A DNA stretch of 32,000 nt, from sequence record PP661417.1; one strand, 5' to 3'. Both the position numbers and the translations under genes were made by a program. Positions 1 through 8,325 of this stretch are shown here, one piece after another (positions within the stretch are counted from its first letter, which is position 1; every line of letters starts with the position of its first letter). The notes beneath the pieces were generated by a model. That model ran no database searches, was not told where the DNA came from, and saw only the letters and a program-made list of their open reading frames with translations. The DNA comes from Pseudomonas phage Bella.

Positions 1-154
1 AGGCGAGCTGGTGCTGTTCCCCGGTCCACAGCGCCCGCTCCGGGTAGATGAGCTGGGCGGGCGAGTCCTTCACGATGTTCCCGCCCAGGCCCCGTCCGTG
101 GAGTTCGCTCAGGAAGTCGCCCACGTAGGCTTCGACTTGGTCAAATGGTATCAT
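1..154 (-). CDS. Partial ORF running off the left edge, hypothetical protein (MIPFDQVEAYVGDFLSELHGRGLGG...)
   Basis: Open reading frame from ATG at 154 down to position 1 with no stop; start is 3 nt from the stop of the preceding gene (157-159). Confidence 0.6.
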   Translation of the reverse strand, partial: MIPFDQVEAYVGDFLSELHGRGLGGNIVKDSPAQLIYPERALWTGEQHQLA

Positions 155-156
155 GG

Positions 157-471
157 TCAGTCCTCGAAGGCCCCGCGGGCGGTTTGGCGTTGAATCTCAG
201 CGAAGTGGCGCACGAGGCGAGCCCGGCGGAACTCCGCCTGGCGGGCGACCGGGGTGCCGTTCAGAACTTCGTCCGCGGTGTGACGCCCATACACGCTGTC
301 CAGGTAGTTGCGGACCTCCTCCGGCTTCGCGGAGGGGATCGCGGCGGCAATCGCCCCGAAGGCCACGGCCCAAGCCTTGCGCGCGGCCTCCTCGCCCTTC
401 TTCTGGGCGTAGGTTCCGAAGAAGCCGTGGCCCGGGTTGTTGGTCTCAATCATCATTCGTCTCCGTGTCAT
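157..471 (-). CDS. Hypothetical phage protein (104 aa)
   Basis: ORF; ATGA overlap with upstream gene at 469-472. Confidence 0.6.
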   Translation of the reverse strand: MTRRRMMIETNNPGHGFFGTYAQKKGEEAARKAWAVAFGAIAAAIPSAKPEEVRNYLDSVYGRHTADEVLNGTPVARQAEFRRARLVRHFAEIQRQTARGAFED

Positions 472-800
472 CAGGGATTGTCGTCATCCGGCTTCGGGAG
501 GAGGGCGATCAGCGCCCGGCGTCTCCACCACGGGAGTTCCTTCAGCTGGAGCGGTCGCGGTCCGGGAATCGCCAGGGCGGGCGATCCGAAACGATGCGCC
601 AGCGTGTCAAAGTGGCGGCGCAGATCGGCTTCCAGGTAGTCCTCCGCAAAATACTCCCGGCGCTGGACCCGGCAGCGGACCCGCTCCGAGGCGAGGACGC
701 CCCGGGCGATGACCAGGAACTCCTCCCAGTCCGCGACCGGAAGGCGTTGCCGGTACTCCTCAAACAGAACGGCCAAGGCCGCTTCGTCCAGGTCCGTCAC
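471..800 (-). CDS. Hypothetical phage protein (VTDLDEAALAVLFEEYRQRLPVADWEEF...)
   Basis: Trimmed from track ORF 471..1136. The part before TDLDEAAL is Arg/Pro/Gly-rich shadow of the neighbouring gene; a GTG start at 800 gives a GTGA overlap with the neighbour's stop at 797. Confidence 0.55.
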   Translation of the reverse strand: MTDLDEAALAVLFEEYRQRLPVADWEEFLVIARGVLASERVRCRVQRREYFAEDYLEADLRRHFDTLAHRFGSPALAIPGPRPLQLKELPWWRRRALIALLPKPDDDNP

Positions 801-1273
801 AGCTGCCCTCCGTGGAGTTCCCCGAGGCGCTGATTCAGCCACGCGACTTCCTTGGGCAGCAGCTTCTCCTGGTGGTTCACGAGGTAGCGGAGGCGGCGCA
901 GCTGTTCCTGGTTCTCGTTGGACAGCTTCGCCACGTTGCTTTCGAGGCGCTTCAGTTTCGCGGGTACGTCCTTGGCGAGTTCCGCCATCAAGCGGCACTC
1001 CTCCCCGAAGGCGCGGACGGCATCCCGGGAGGCCATCACGGGGTCGATGTTGTCGCCGTACTTCTCCCCCAGGTACTCCGCGCAAGCGGCCCCCGCCGTC
1101 CCGATCATCTGGAGGAGGTGCTGCTGGCTCGCGCACTGGCCTGGGTCGATGTCCGTGGAGGACTTCAGGCCGGGGCGGACTTGGCTGTACACCAGGACCG
1201 TGACCTGATACTTGCGGGGGTCCTCCGGGTTGCGCCCGAGGCGGGCCTGGACGCCCTGGATGGTAGTGGTCAT
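797..1273 (-). CDS. Hypothetical phage protein with coiled-coil-like C-terminal half (MTTTIQGVQARLGRNPEDPRKYQV...)
   Basis: Trimmed from ORF 797..1696; ATG at 1273 overlaps the stop of the upstream gene (1270); composition becomes protein-like from this Met. Confidence 0.65.
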   Translation of the reverse strand: MTTTIQGVQARLGRNPEDPRKYQVTVLVYSQVRPGLKSSTDIDPGQCASQQHLLQMIGTAGAACAEYLGEKYGDNIDPVMASRDAVRAFGEECRLMAELAKDVPAKLKRLESNVAKLSNENQEQLRRLRYLVNHQEKLLPKEVAWLNQRLGELHGGQL

Positions 1274-1875
1274 GCCGGTTCTCCTTCGCTCAAGGGGTTG
1301 GCTTTCCAGAAGGCGCGCAACTCGCGGCCCAGGTAGATGTTCACGCCGTCCTGGCCCTCGAAGTAGCCCCCGGCCCGGAAGGTCGGCACCACAGCGTCCT
1401 GCGCCCCGGCGGCGACCCCCTCCGCGGATTGGGCCCAGTTCAGGGCTTGATCGGCGGAGTCGAAACCCTGCGCCGTGAAGAAGCTGCCGGAGTCGCTGAC
1501 GATGTAGAACTTGTCCAACTCCATTTCCAGACCGCTTCCGGGGTCCGTGAAGGTTTCCACGTGCTGCATCTTCCCGGTCGGGCTCCGGCCCCAGGTCCGG
1601 TCGCGGTTCACGCGCATCTTGTAGTCCACCACGGTCTGGAGGTCCACGTTCAGCTTCTCCGCGACCTGGGCGAGCATGATGAACACGTCCGCGCACTCCT
1701 TCTGGAGTTCATGGACCAACTCCTGGTCCATGTCCGCGACCGGGACGGCGGCGACGGTAGCGAGGCCCGCGACCAGCTCCGCCACTTCCACGTTCATCCG
1801 CGCGGCGACTTCCGCGGGGTGCTTCGGGCCGAAGGTGTCGTCAGCCCAGCGGGTGATTGATTCTTGGGTTTCCAT
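1270..1875 (-). CDS. MazG-like / DUF550-type nucleotide pyrophosphohydrolase (N-terminal domain) with C-terminal extension
   Basis: SITRWADDTFGP...EVAELVAGL...ELQKECADVFIMLAQVAEKLNVDLQTVVDYKMRVNRDRTWG has the EVAEL / E-ADV-IML metal-binding pattern and NRxRxW tail typical of phage MazG-like proteins. Confidence 0.75.
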   Translation of the reverse strand: METQESITRWADDTFGPKHPAEVAARMNVEVAELVAGLATVAAVPVADMDQELVHELQKECADVFIMLAQVAEKLNVDLQTVVDYKMRVNRDRTWGRSPTGKMQHVETFTDPGSGLEMELDKFYIVSDSGSFFTAQGFDSADQALNWAQSAEGVAAGAQDAVVPTFRAGGYFEGQDGVNIYLGRELRAFWKANPLSEGEPA

Positions 1876-1877
1876 AT

Positions 1878-2147
1878 TCAGTTGGTTCTCCGAGGTTCAC
1901 AAACAATAGTCTTGCCCAGGGGCCGCGACGGGTCGTGGCGGCACTCCAGGCGCTCAAACCGGGACGGGTCCGGCTTTCCCGCCTCCGCCGGTACGGTGAC
2001 GCGGACCGGCGGGGCGAGACGGGGCGAGAAGCTGCCGACCTGCGCCCGGCGGACCGTCTCCTGGGCGTTATACAGGGGGCGATCCTCCGCTTGCGCCTGC
2101 GTGGCGAGCGGCAGCAGAACGGCCAGGGCGAGGGTCAGCAGTCTCAT
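1878..2147 (-). CDS. Small exported protein with predicted signal peptide (89 aa)
   Basis: MRLLTLALAVLLPLATQAQAEDRPL: positive N-terminus, hydrophobic core, AQA|ED signal peptidase I-like site. Nested in ORF 1878..2294; ATG at 2147 preceded by AGGAGCC. Confidence 0.6.
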   Translation of the reverse strand: MRLLTLALAVLLPLATQAQAEDRPLYNAQETVRRAQVGSFSPRLAPPVRVTVPAEAGKPDPSRFERLECRHDPSRPLGKTIVCEPRRTN

Positions 2148-2170
2148 GATCAGGCTCCTTCGGTTCGGGG

Positions 2171-2512
2171 TCAGTGCTTCGAGGCCGTCATGGACTGGAG
2201 GAGGTCGCCCAAGGAGGGGCGGGCGTCCTCCTCCTCGCGCTTGCTCAGGAAGGCGCAGCCGTGGTCGTCCAAATAGCTCGCGTCCAGCTCCCACTCGCCC
2301 AGCTCCTCCATCGGGAGGTCCGCGGCGTTCATGAGCACCGGCCAGGCCCGGCTCATCTGCTCCTGGGCGTCCCGCCCGAGTTCGTTCAGCCGCTCCTGAT
2401 ACTCGCGTTCCAGCTCCGCCTTCCGGGCGTGGGCTTGTTGGTGAATGCCGTGGACGGCCCGGGCGGCGGTCAGGGCGTCTCCGGTGAGACGGATGGTGGT
2501 CTTGCGGCTCAT
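2171..2512 (-). CDS. Hypothetical protein (113 aa), charged/helical
   Basis: ORF with ATGA overlap to the upstream gene (stop 2509). Confidence 0.6.
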   Translation of the reverse strand: MSRKTTIRLTGDALTAARAVHGIHQQAHARKAELEREYQERLNELGRDAQEQMSRAWPVLMNAADLPMEELGEWELDASYLDDHGCAFLSKREEEDARPSLGDLLQSMTASKH

Positions 2513-3687
2513 AGCGGTTCTCCGGTGATCTGTTCGCCCAAGGACACGATGGTGTCCATCAGGAAGTTTTGCATGGTGCTGGTTTCGTCGTGCAACTGGT
2601 GTCGGAGGTGGATGAACTCCTCAATCAGCGTCCCGGCCAGCATCTTGGTCCCCATCATCAAGGTGCGCTTGCTGATGTAGATTTTGCCCTCATGCGCCCG
2701 GCCCAGGACCTCCTCGCCCAGGAACTCGCTGACAATGATCGGGTACTCCTGGACGGCGAAGCCCAGCCGCTCGCAGAAGCTCGTGGCCTTCTCCAGCCGG
2801 GTCCGCTCCAGCTCGCTCAGGCGCATCGGGGTCGCCTCCTCGTGGAGCTGGTCCATGATCCAGACCTGCGAAGCCTTCAGCGCGGAGCGGGACAGCGAGG
2901 AGTCGAAGCTGCGGGCGAGTTCGGAGACGGTCGCCAGAAAGGGCTTGGACGGCTCCACGCCCTCGAACTCCAGCGCGTGCTCGAAGGTCCCCTTGGACGC
3001 GGTGACGGCCTTCTTGATCAGCGGGGCCTGCTCCGATTCGCAGAGCCCGCGACGGACGGCGGCGCTGATGTCCCAGGACCACTTGATGGTCCGGTCCTCC
3101 GTCAGGTCCACCTTCTTCTGGATGTTGTAGGTGAACTGCGAGGGGTTGTCCAGCCGGTAGGCTCGCACGCCCCGGTAGTACACGAAGTGAGACGGGCCGG
3201 GATGGATGTGGACGGCCTCGTGGCGCTCCAGCGGTTCGGAGGACAGGATGATGTCGGAGCGGGAGGCCCAGACATCCAGGAACTTTTCGCCCCGGACCAC
3301 AATCACAGTTTCGTCCGCGGCGACTTCCGGGACCTCATCGGCCTCGAACACTTCGCCGCGTTCGTCCATCGTGTTGCAGTACAGCTCGCGGAAGGCTTGC
3401 CACAATTCCCAGGTCTTGCCGACCTCCGTGGTGAAGCCCAGACGGCGTTTGTTCATCGTGACCACGTTGAAGTCATCGACCCGGACGCGATCCCGCTTGA
3501 TGCCGAACTCCAGCTTGCGCTTCCCGGCGTGAATGGTGATGTCGCAGCCCTCGCGGAGCAGGATGGCGATGGCGTACTTGAGGCCGGTCCCGAAGAAGCC
3601 GATGGCCCCGGGGTTCTCCTTCGAGCTGACCCCGAAGGTGGTGATGGACTTGGGGTCAATGACGCCCTTGTTGCGGAAGATGATCAC
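2509..3687 (-). CDS. GHKL/HSP90-type ATPase-like protein with possible C-terminal zinc-peptidase-like motif
   Basis: N-terminal ENPGAIGFFGTGLKYAIAILLREG resembles the GHKL G1 box (GxGxK). C-terminal GTLIEEFIHLRHQLHD resembles an E-E-x-x-H-x-x-x-H metalloprotease-type helix. GTG start with AAGGAG SD. Confidence 0.6.
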   Translation of the reverse strand: MIIFRNKGVIDPKSITTFGVSSKENPGAIGFFGTGLKYAIAILLREGCDITIHAGKRKLEFGIKRDRVRVDDFNVVTMNKRRLGFTTEVGKTWELWQAFRELYCNTMDERGEVFEADEVPEVAADETVIVVRGEKFLDVWASRSDIILSSEPLERHEAVHIHPGPSHFVYYRGVRAYRLDNPSQFTYNIQKKVDLTEDRTIKWSWDISAAVRRGLCESEQAPLIKKAVTASKGTFEHALEFEGVEPSKPFLATVSELARSFDSSLSRSALKASQVWIMDQLHEEATPMRLSELERTRLEKATSFCERLGFAVQEYPIIVSEFLGEEVLGRAHEGKIYISKRTLMMGTKMLAGTLIEEFIHLRHQLHDETSTMQNFLMDTIVSLGEQITGEPL

Positions 3688-3723
3688 GTTGTGACTCCTT
3701 TTCTTGGTTGAGGTTGTTGGTGG

Positions 3724-4089
3724 TTATTCGACCCACACGTGGTGGTAGCGGTCCGGGAGGTTCGAGCAGTCGCCCGGCGTCCCGTCCATCAGTTCGACCC
3801 GGACACACTCCTGGGTCATGTAGGACTCATACACGGTCGGCAGGCCGGTCGCGTCCCAGAAGGCCCAGAGCACTCCGCCCACGAGGAGGGCGACGAAGCC
3901 CAAGGGGGCGATCAGCGACCCGAGGTCACACAACCTCGTCAGCGTCCCACGCATAGCCCCGAAGGCGATTGACTTCAAACTCGAATCGCAACGGGCTTCG
4001 CGCAGCAAGTCCTCGTGCGACTTCTTGAGGTTTTGCGCCGCGCGGTATTGGGTGCCCGTATATGCGGCGGAAGGCTTCTTGTAGTTCAT
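3724..4089 (-). CDS. Hypothetical membrane protein (one predicted TM helix)
   Basis: Strong SD (GGAAAGGAGCTGACCCATCATG); hydrophobic stretch LIAPLGFVALLVGGVLWAFW. Confidence 0.65.
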   Translation of the reverse strand: MNYKKPSAAYTGTQYRAAQNLKKSHEDLLREARCDSSLKSIAFGAMRGTLTRLCDLGSLIAPLGFVALLVGGVLWAFWDATGLPTVYESYMTQECVRVELMDGTPGDCSNLPDRYHHVWVE

Positions 4090-4162
4090 GATGGGTCAGC
4101 TCCTTTCCAATCTCGAACCGCTGTGTCTGTATTTGGGGTTGGTTCATTTCTCAGCTCGTGTG

Positions 4163-4197
4163 AAGAAGTATAGTGGGTCAATCCGAAGAAGTAAAGC
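4163..4197 (-). promoter_or_regulatory. Promoter of repeated family (TTTACT-N17-TATACT), minus strand
   Basis: Reverse complement CTTTACTTCTTCGGATTGACCCACTATACTTCTTC; -35 at 4190-4195, -10 at 4167-4172, spacer 17 nt. Same design at three other loci. Confidence 0.8.
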
Positions 4198-4200
4198 GGT

Positions 4201-4416
4201 TCAGGTCAAATCCAGCGCACGGCGGATTTCCCGCCGGACCTGAAGGCGGGCGTTGAGGGCCGCACGGTGGTCGGAGGAAGTCCGCGAGCAAGTCACCATC
4301 AGGGGCTTCCCCCTCACGGTGAAGCGGACCTTGTAGTGTCTCCGGCCCTGCTCCACCGTGTAGGCGATCCCCGCCCCCTCCAGCTCCCGCCTCGTTGCTT
4401 CCAGCGTGCCGCTCAT
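4201..4416 (-). CDS. Small basic protein (71 aa), possibly nucleic-acid-binding
   Basis: ORF MSGTLEATRRELEGAGIAYTVEQGRRHYKVRFTVRGKPLMVTCSRTSSDHRAALNARLQVRREIRRALDLT; short alpha-beta-beta-beta-alpha-like pattern. Confidence 0.55.
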   Translation of the reverse strand: MSGTLEATRRELEGAGIAYTVEQGRRHYKVRFTVRGKPLMVTCSRTSSDHRAALNARLQVRREIRRALDLT

Positions 4417-4426
4417 GGGGGCGTCC

Positions 4427-6838
4427 TCAGAATGGCGGCTTGTCCGACTTCGGGCCGTCCTTCAGAGGCTCCTGGGTCGGTTCGACCTTGGGCCAATCGA
4501 ACGGGCCGCCAAAGTTCTTGTCCCAGTGCGCCCGGACCTGCTCCAGCGGCGGGAGGTGGTACATGTACACGCGCTTCTTGATCATCACCTCGAAGCCGTG
4601 TTCATTGGTCCATGGAATCTCCGCCATTTCCTGCTTCGACTGCGGCCAGCCGTCCGGGAAGGCCCGGGCAAGCCACTTGCCGAAGCCGGTGCGGCTCATG
4701 CGGAAGTTCCGGCCCTGGTCGCGGAGGTCGTTCACGTAGTCGTCATACAAGCTGTCCTTCACCACCTTGTTCCGCCAGTCCTGGTCGGTCTTGAGCAACC
4801 GGCCTTCCCACAGCTTCTCATACATCCACTGGGTTTCCGGCGACATGCTCATGATCTTCTGGTCCTGCAGCGCCCGGGTCTGGGGGACCTGGCGAACCTC
4901 GAAGGCGCTCAGGTCATAGGTCAGGAGGAAGTGGAGCAGGTGCTCAAGTCCTCCGTTGTCCAGATCGTCCTTGATGCGCTTGAAATAGGCGTGGTCCTGC
5001 TTGTGGCCCTCGCCCACCTCCATGACGAAGAACCGGCGCTCATCCAGACCCGCAGGCACCACCCAATCTTCGTTCGAGGCGAGGACCAGGTGGACATAGT
5101 TCGGGGCCGCTTCCGCGTCCACGCCCTTGCCCTCGATCACCAGGTGTTCTTCGGTCACGAGGGTCTTGAGCACGCTTTCGTGCTTCTTGTCACCGGCGAA
5201 GAAAGCCTCATCACCGAACAGCAGGACGGTATCGCGGAGGTGGGCGTTGAAGGAGCCCACCAGGTGCTTCGAGTCGCTGACTTGGAGGTAGTGACGCCCG
5301 AACATCGCGCCCAGGACCTTGGCGAAGAAGGACTTGCCGGTGCCGCGGCGACCGCGGAGGACCACGGCCACTTCGCCCGGGCCGTCCGGGTGCTGGACCA
5401 TCCGCGCCATCCACCCGACCAGGTAGTGGAAGTGCTCCGGGTTCCCCGAGCAGACGTTGTCGCGGATGTGGTTCAGGAAGGGCATGTGCTTCTCGCCCGG
5501 GAGGGAGTCGCACGCGAACCCGCGCCAGAGGTTGTAGGCTTCTTCGACCTCCTGCCCGGGGGCAAACACGATGGTCTCATATTGGCGGCGCTGGGGGTGA
5601 TCAATCCAGAAGGCTCCCGCGGCCTTCTCGATGGGCTTGCCCTCCTCCGAGTGCCCAACCACTACCTTGATGTGGCGGTAGCGGTTGCGGAAGTCCTCGA
5701 AGGACTGCTTGCTGATTTTGGTCCGCTTCATCGCCGGGTCCCAGACCTCGCTGATGATCCGACACTTCCCGCCGATGTCCGCGATGACGGCGTGCTTCTC
5801 GTTGAGCTTGCGCAGCCAAGGGTCCACCGCCTCCTCGTGGGCACGTTCGATCTGCCGCAGGGCGTAGCCTTCCCAGTTCGGCTTGTCTCTGACGCTCGCG
5901 GCGATTTCGTTGGAGCCGGTGATCACCGCGAAGATCATTTCGTCAGGGACCTCCGCCCGCACGAGGTCGCAGCAGACCTTGAACAGGGCCTCTGACCGGG
6001 AGGGGTACTTGGTCGGGTCCAGCGGGTCCTGCCCAGTAGCGATCAGCGCCAGCACGTGGTCGCTGATAGCCTTCCCGTGCTCATGGGCCCACTCCCGCAG
6101 CTCCTCCGTCCCGATGTCCGGGACGTTGCCCGTGATCTTCACCTTCGGACGGCCCCCGGCCAGGCCCTGCTCCGCCATCTGAACTCGAACCGCGGGGGTG
6201 AATTGTTCGATGGGATAGCTGGCCTCATTCCACTCCACGAGGCGGGCGAGGGTCGGCTGGCGACCCTTCTTGACCTTCTTCGCGGTGGGCATATTGATCG
6301 TGCCCGGGAGGCGCATGATGCGGTCCACGTTGTGGCAGTGGTCCGCCTGAAACACCTTCTCCAACTGGATGTTGTAGGCTTCCAGCTCCTGAGCCTTCGC
6401 CACCGATCCGGCGATGTCCAGCTTGTCGGACGGATTCAGACGCCAAAAGCCCTGATAGCCCCCGCCCGAGTCAACGATGACCGTGGGCTTGGGCGTGTAG
6501 GACTGGAGCAGCTTCAGAGCCCGCGCCCGCTCCTCCTCGAAGTCCTCCCCGGCTCGCGGGTCGATGTCCACGTGAAGCCACGCGAGGCGGGCCATGTCCT
6601 CCTTCGAGGCTTTCACGTCCATCGCCCGGCGGACCGGGTTCACGTGGAAGTACAGGTTGCGCTTGCCCTGATGCCCTTCGATCCACTCCGCGGCCTTCTG
6701 CCAGCGGTCGGGCATGAATGTGACCGTCTCCGTTTTCCCGTCCGGGATGATGGCCGTCAGGACCCACGGCCCCTCCGGGCACCACTTCTTCAGGAAGTCG
6801 ATTGCGTCCTTGGTCTTGTGTTTCGGCAGTTCCGCCAT
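4427..6838 (-). CDS. Phage primase-helicase (N-terminal RepB/AEP-like primase region plus C-terminal SF3/DUF5906-like helicase)
   Basis: Walker A LRGRRGTGKSFFAKVLGAMFG, Walker B TVLLFGDEAFF, SF3-like APNYVHLVLASNEDWVVPAGLDERRF; N-terminal LAWLHVDIDPR and VDSGGGYQGFWRL...DRIMRLPGTIN typical of primase/RepB-like domains. Confidence 0.88.
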   Translation of the reverse strand: MAELPKHKTKDAIDFLKKWCPEGPWVLTAIIPDGKTETVTFMPDRWQKAAEWIEGHQGKRNLYFHVNPVRRAMDVKASKEDMARLAWLHVDIDPRAGEDFEEERARALKLLQSYTPKPTVIVDSGGGYQGFWRLNPSDKLDIAGSVAKAQELEAYNIQLEKVFQADHCHNVDRIMRLPGTINMPTAKKVKKGRQPTLARLVEWNEASYPIEQFTPAVRVQMAEQGLAGGRPKVKITGNVPDIGTEELREWAHEHGKAISDHVLALIATGQDPLDPTKYPSRSEALFKVCCDLVRAEVPDEMIFAVITGSNEIAASVRDKPNWEGYALRQIERAHEEAVDPWLRKLNEKHAVIADIGGKCRIISEVWDPAMKRTKISKQSFEDFRNRYRHIKVVVGHSEEGKPIEKAAGAFWIDHPQRRQYETIVFAPGQEVEEAYNLWRGFACDSLPGEKHMPFLNHIRDNVCSGNPEHFHYLVGWMARMVQHPDGPGEVAVVLRGRRGTGKSFFAKVLGAMFGRHYLQVSDSKHLVGSFNAHLRDTVLLFGDEAFFAGDKKHESVLKTLVTEEHLVIEGKGVDAEAAPNYVHLVLASNEDWVVPAGLDERRFFVMEVGEGHKQDHAYFKRIKDDLDNGGLEHLLHFLLTYDLSAFEVRQVPQTRALQDQKIMSMSPETQWMYEKLWEGRLLKTDQDWRNKVVKDSLYDDYVNDLRDQGRNFRMSRTGFGKWLARAFPDGWPQSKQEMAEIPWTNEHGFEVMIKKRVYMYHLPPLEQVRAHWDKNFGGPFDWPKVEPTQEPLKDGPKSDKPPF

Positions 6839-6850
6839 TTCTTATCCCCC

Positions 6851-7177
6851 TCAGATGTTCCAATACTCGCGCAGGCGCTCAACCGGCGCTTTCCCGTCCT
6901 CCATTTGAATCACCCAGAGGCGAGTGCAGCCCAGAGCGGCGGCGATTTCGCGCTGGGTCTTACCCGAGCGGCGGCGGAACAGCAAGCAGACCTCGTGGGG
7001 CTTCAGTTGTCCGAGGTGCTGGCGCGGTTGATCGTCCAGGCGGCGGTCCGCTTCCCATTCACGGTAGCGGTCCGGGTGCACCCCGTACTCCTTCGCGGCC
7101 TCAATCTGATTGAGACCCTTGCGGCGGCGGTGTAGCAGCAGGCTTTCGCCTTTGGTTGGTGTCACTGTAGCAGACAT
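6851..7177 (-). CDS. XRE-like helix-turn-helix regulator, with possibly two HTH units
   Basis: LLLHRRRKGLNQIEAAKEYGVHPDRYREWEADRR and LLFRRRSGKTQREIAAALGCTRLWVIQMEDGKAPV both look like HTH segments. ATG at 7177 preceded by AAGGAG; the listed 7183 start is TTG. Confidence 0.7.
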   Translation of the reverse strand: MSATVTPTKGESLLLHRRRKGLNQIEAAKEYGVHPDRYREWEADRRLDDQPRQHLGQLKPHEVCLLFRRRSGKTQREIAAALGCTRLWVIQMEDGKAPVERLREYWNI

Positions 7178-7560
7178 GTACAAATCTCCTTAGTTCTTGG
7201 GAGGCGTGTCCAACGTGCGACACAGACCTCATACAGGCGTTCTCGCGGAACCTGGCCCAGCATAGCGGCGGCCACCGCTCCATCGAATAGCAACCACTCA
7301 ATCGCCCCGACCTTCAGCAGGAGGAAGGCCCGGCCCCCGGCCTTGCGGCGACGGGTCAGCCAGGTCCTCTGCTGGCGGGTGAAGTGGTCCACTCGAAGCG
7401 GTCCGCCCCTGGGCGGCCAGCGTTCAGCGAACTTCAATTCAATCCAGCCCTGGTTGTAGTTCACATCCGGGGTCCCGGGCACAATGGGGTTCTCCACGCG
7501 CACCGGGTCCAGCGACCGGATGACGGGGCGGAGGGAATCCCACATTGCGGCTTCAGACAT
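7162..7560 (-). CDS. PD-(D/E)XK (VRR-NUC-like) nuclease
   Basis: GTPDVNYNQGWIELKFAE matches PD-Xn-(E)xK nuclease core. Start placed at ATG 7560 rather than TTG 7563. Confidence 0.7.
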   Translation of the reverse strand: MSEAAMWDSLRPVIRSLDPVRVENPIVPGTPDVNYNQGWIELKFAERWPPRGGPLRVDHFTRQQRTWLTRRRKAGGRAFLLLKVGAIEWLLFDGAVAAAMLGQVPRERLYEVCVARWTRLPRTKEICTCLLQ

Positions 7561-8014
7561 CAACCCACCTCACTTCGATGTTGTAACGGCGGGCGACTTC
7601 CAGAGCCTCGTCAATGCGTTGATTCCACTCAGCAACCCACCCCGGATCGCGGCCCGCGTAGTCGATGACCGGGAAGGCGACCCGCTTCACGCCCGCCTTC
7701 CCCGCGGCCTCCATACAGTTCGGACAGCAGGGGAAAGAAGTATAGAGCGTGAAGCCAGTCGCAGGCGAGCCCAGAAAGTTGAGTGCGTTGATTTCCGCAT
7801 GAACAACGTGCTGGTATTTGTACCCGCGGTCAGCATACAGCTCCGGCGAATCGTCGTGCCCGGGCGGGAAGCCGTTGAACCCGGTCGAAGCCACGCTGTT
7901 GTTGGGCCGAACCAGGACGGCTCCGACCTTCGTGGAAGGGTCCTTGCTCCAGCCCGCGACGTGTTGGGCCAGCCCGACATAGCGGCGGTCCCAGCGGTCC
8001 TGGCGCTCGTTCAT
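7553..8014 (-). CDS. Deoxycytidylate (dCMP) deaminase family protein
   Basis: HAEINAL and CCPNCMEAAGKAGVKRV zinc-binding deaminase motifs; AQHVAGWSKDPSTKVGAVLV is the classic dCMP deaminase N-terminus. ATG at 8014 overlaps stop 8011. Confidence 0.92.
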   Translation of the reverse strand: MNERQDRWDRRYVGLAQHVAGWSKDPSTKVGAVLVRPNNSVASTGFNGFPPGHDDSPELYADRGYKYQHVVHAEINALNFLGSPATGFTLYTSFPCCPNCMEAAGKAGVKRVAFPVIDYAGRDPGWVAEWNQRIDEALEVARRYNIEVRWVDV

Positions 8015-8325
8015 ATCAGCCCCTTCTCGTTGGCGATCCATTCGGTGACTGTCAGCGTGACGGTCCGACCGTTCTTGGCCACGTTCTTGATCTGGGATTT
8101 CGGCATCCAGACCTCCGACTCACCGCCGTGGTCGATGAGCAGGGCCTTGTCCGTCTCGCGCTTGACGGTACATTCGATGTCCACGGTGTTGTCGTTGCTT
8201 TGACGCATGGGGTTCTCCTTCGGTTCGCCCCGGACTTCCTCCGGGGTCAAGCGGGTACACTTTGCGCAGCGTGCGTCCGCGAACAAGTATGTGACCTGCG
8301 CGTCACACTGATAGCAGAATTTCAT
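8011..8325 (-). CDS. Small protein with N-terminal zinc-ribbon-like Cys pairs (104 aa)
   Basis: MKFCYQCDAQVTYLFADARCAKC has CxxC...CxxC. ATG at 8325 overlaps pol stop (8322). Trimmed from 8011..8415. Confidence 0.6.
   Translation of the reverse strand: MKFCYQCDAQVTYLFADARCAKCTRLTPEEVRGEPKENPMRQSNDNTVDIECTVKRETDKALLIDHGGESEVWMPKSQIKNVAKNGRTVTLTVTEWIANEKGLI

Noticed and set aside
3926-4147. 73-aa minus ORF (MNQPQIQTQRFEIGKEL...) right after the 4.2 kb promoter
   Set aside because: Overlaps the 121-aa ORF 3724..4089, which has a much stronger SD; the alternative has only a short leader and a weak SD. Could be revisited with ribosome profiling.
4406-5995. 529-aa plus-strand ORF opposite the primase-helicase
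   Set aside because: Antisense shadow of a well supported helicase gene; no recognisable domain.
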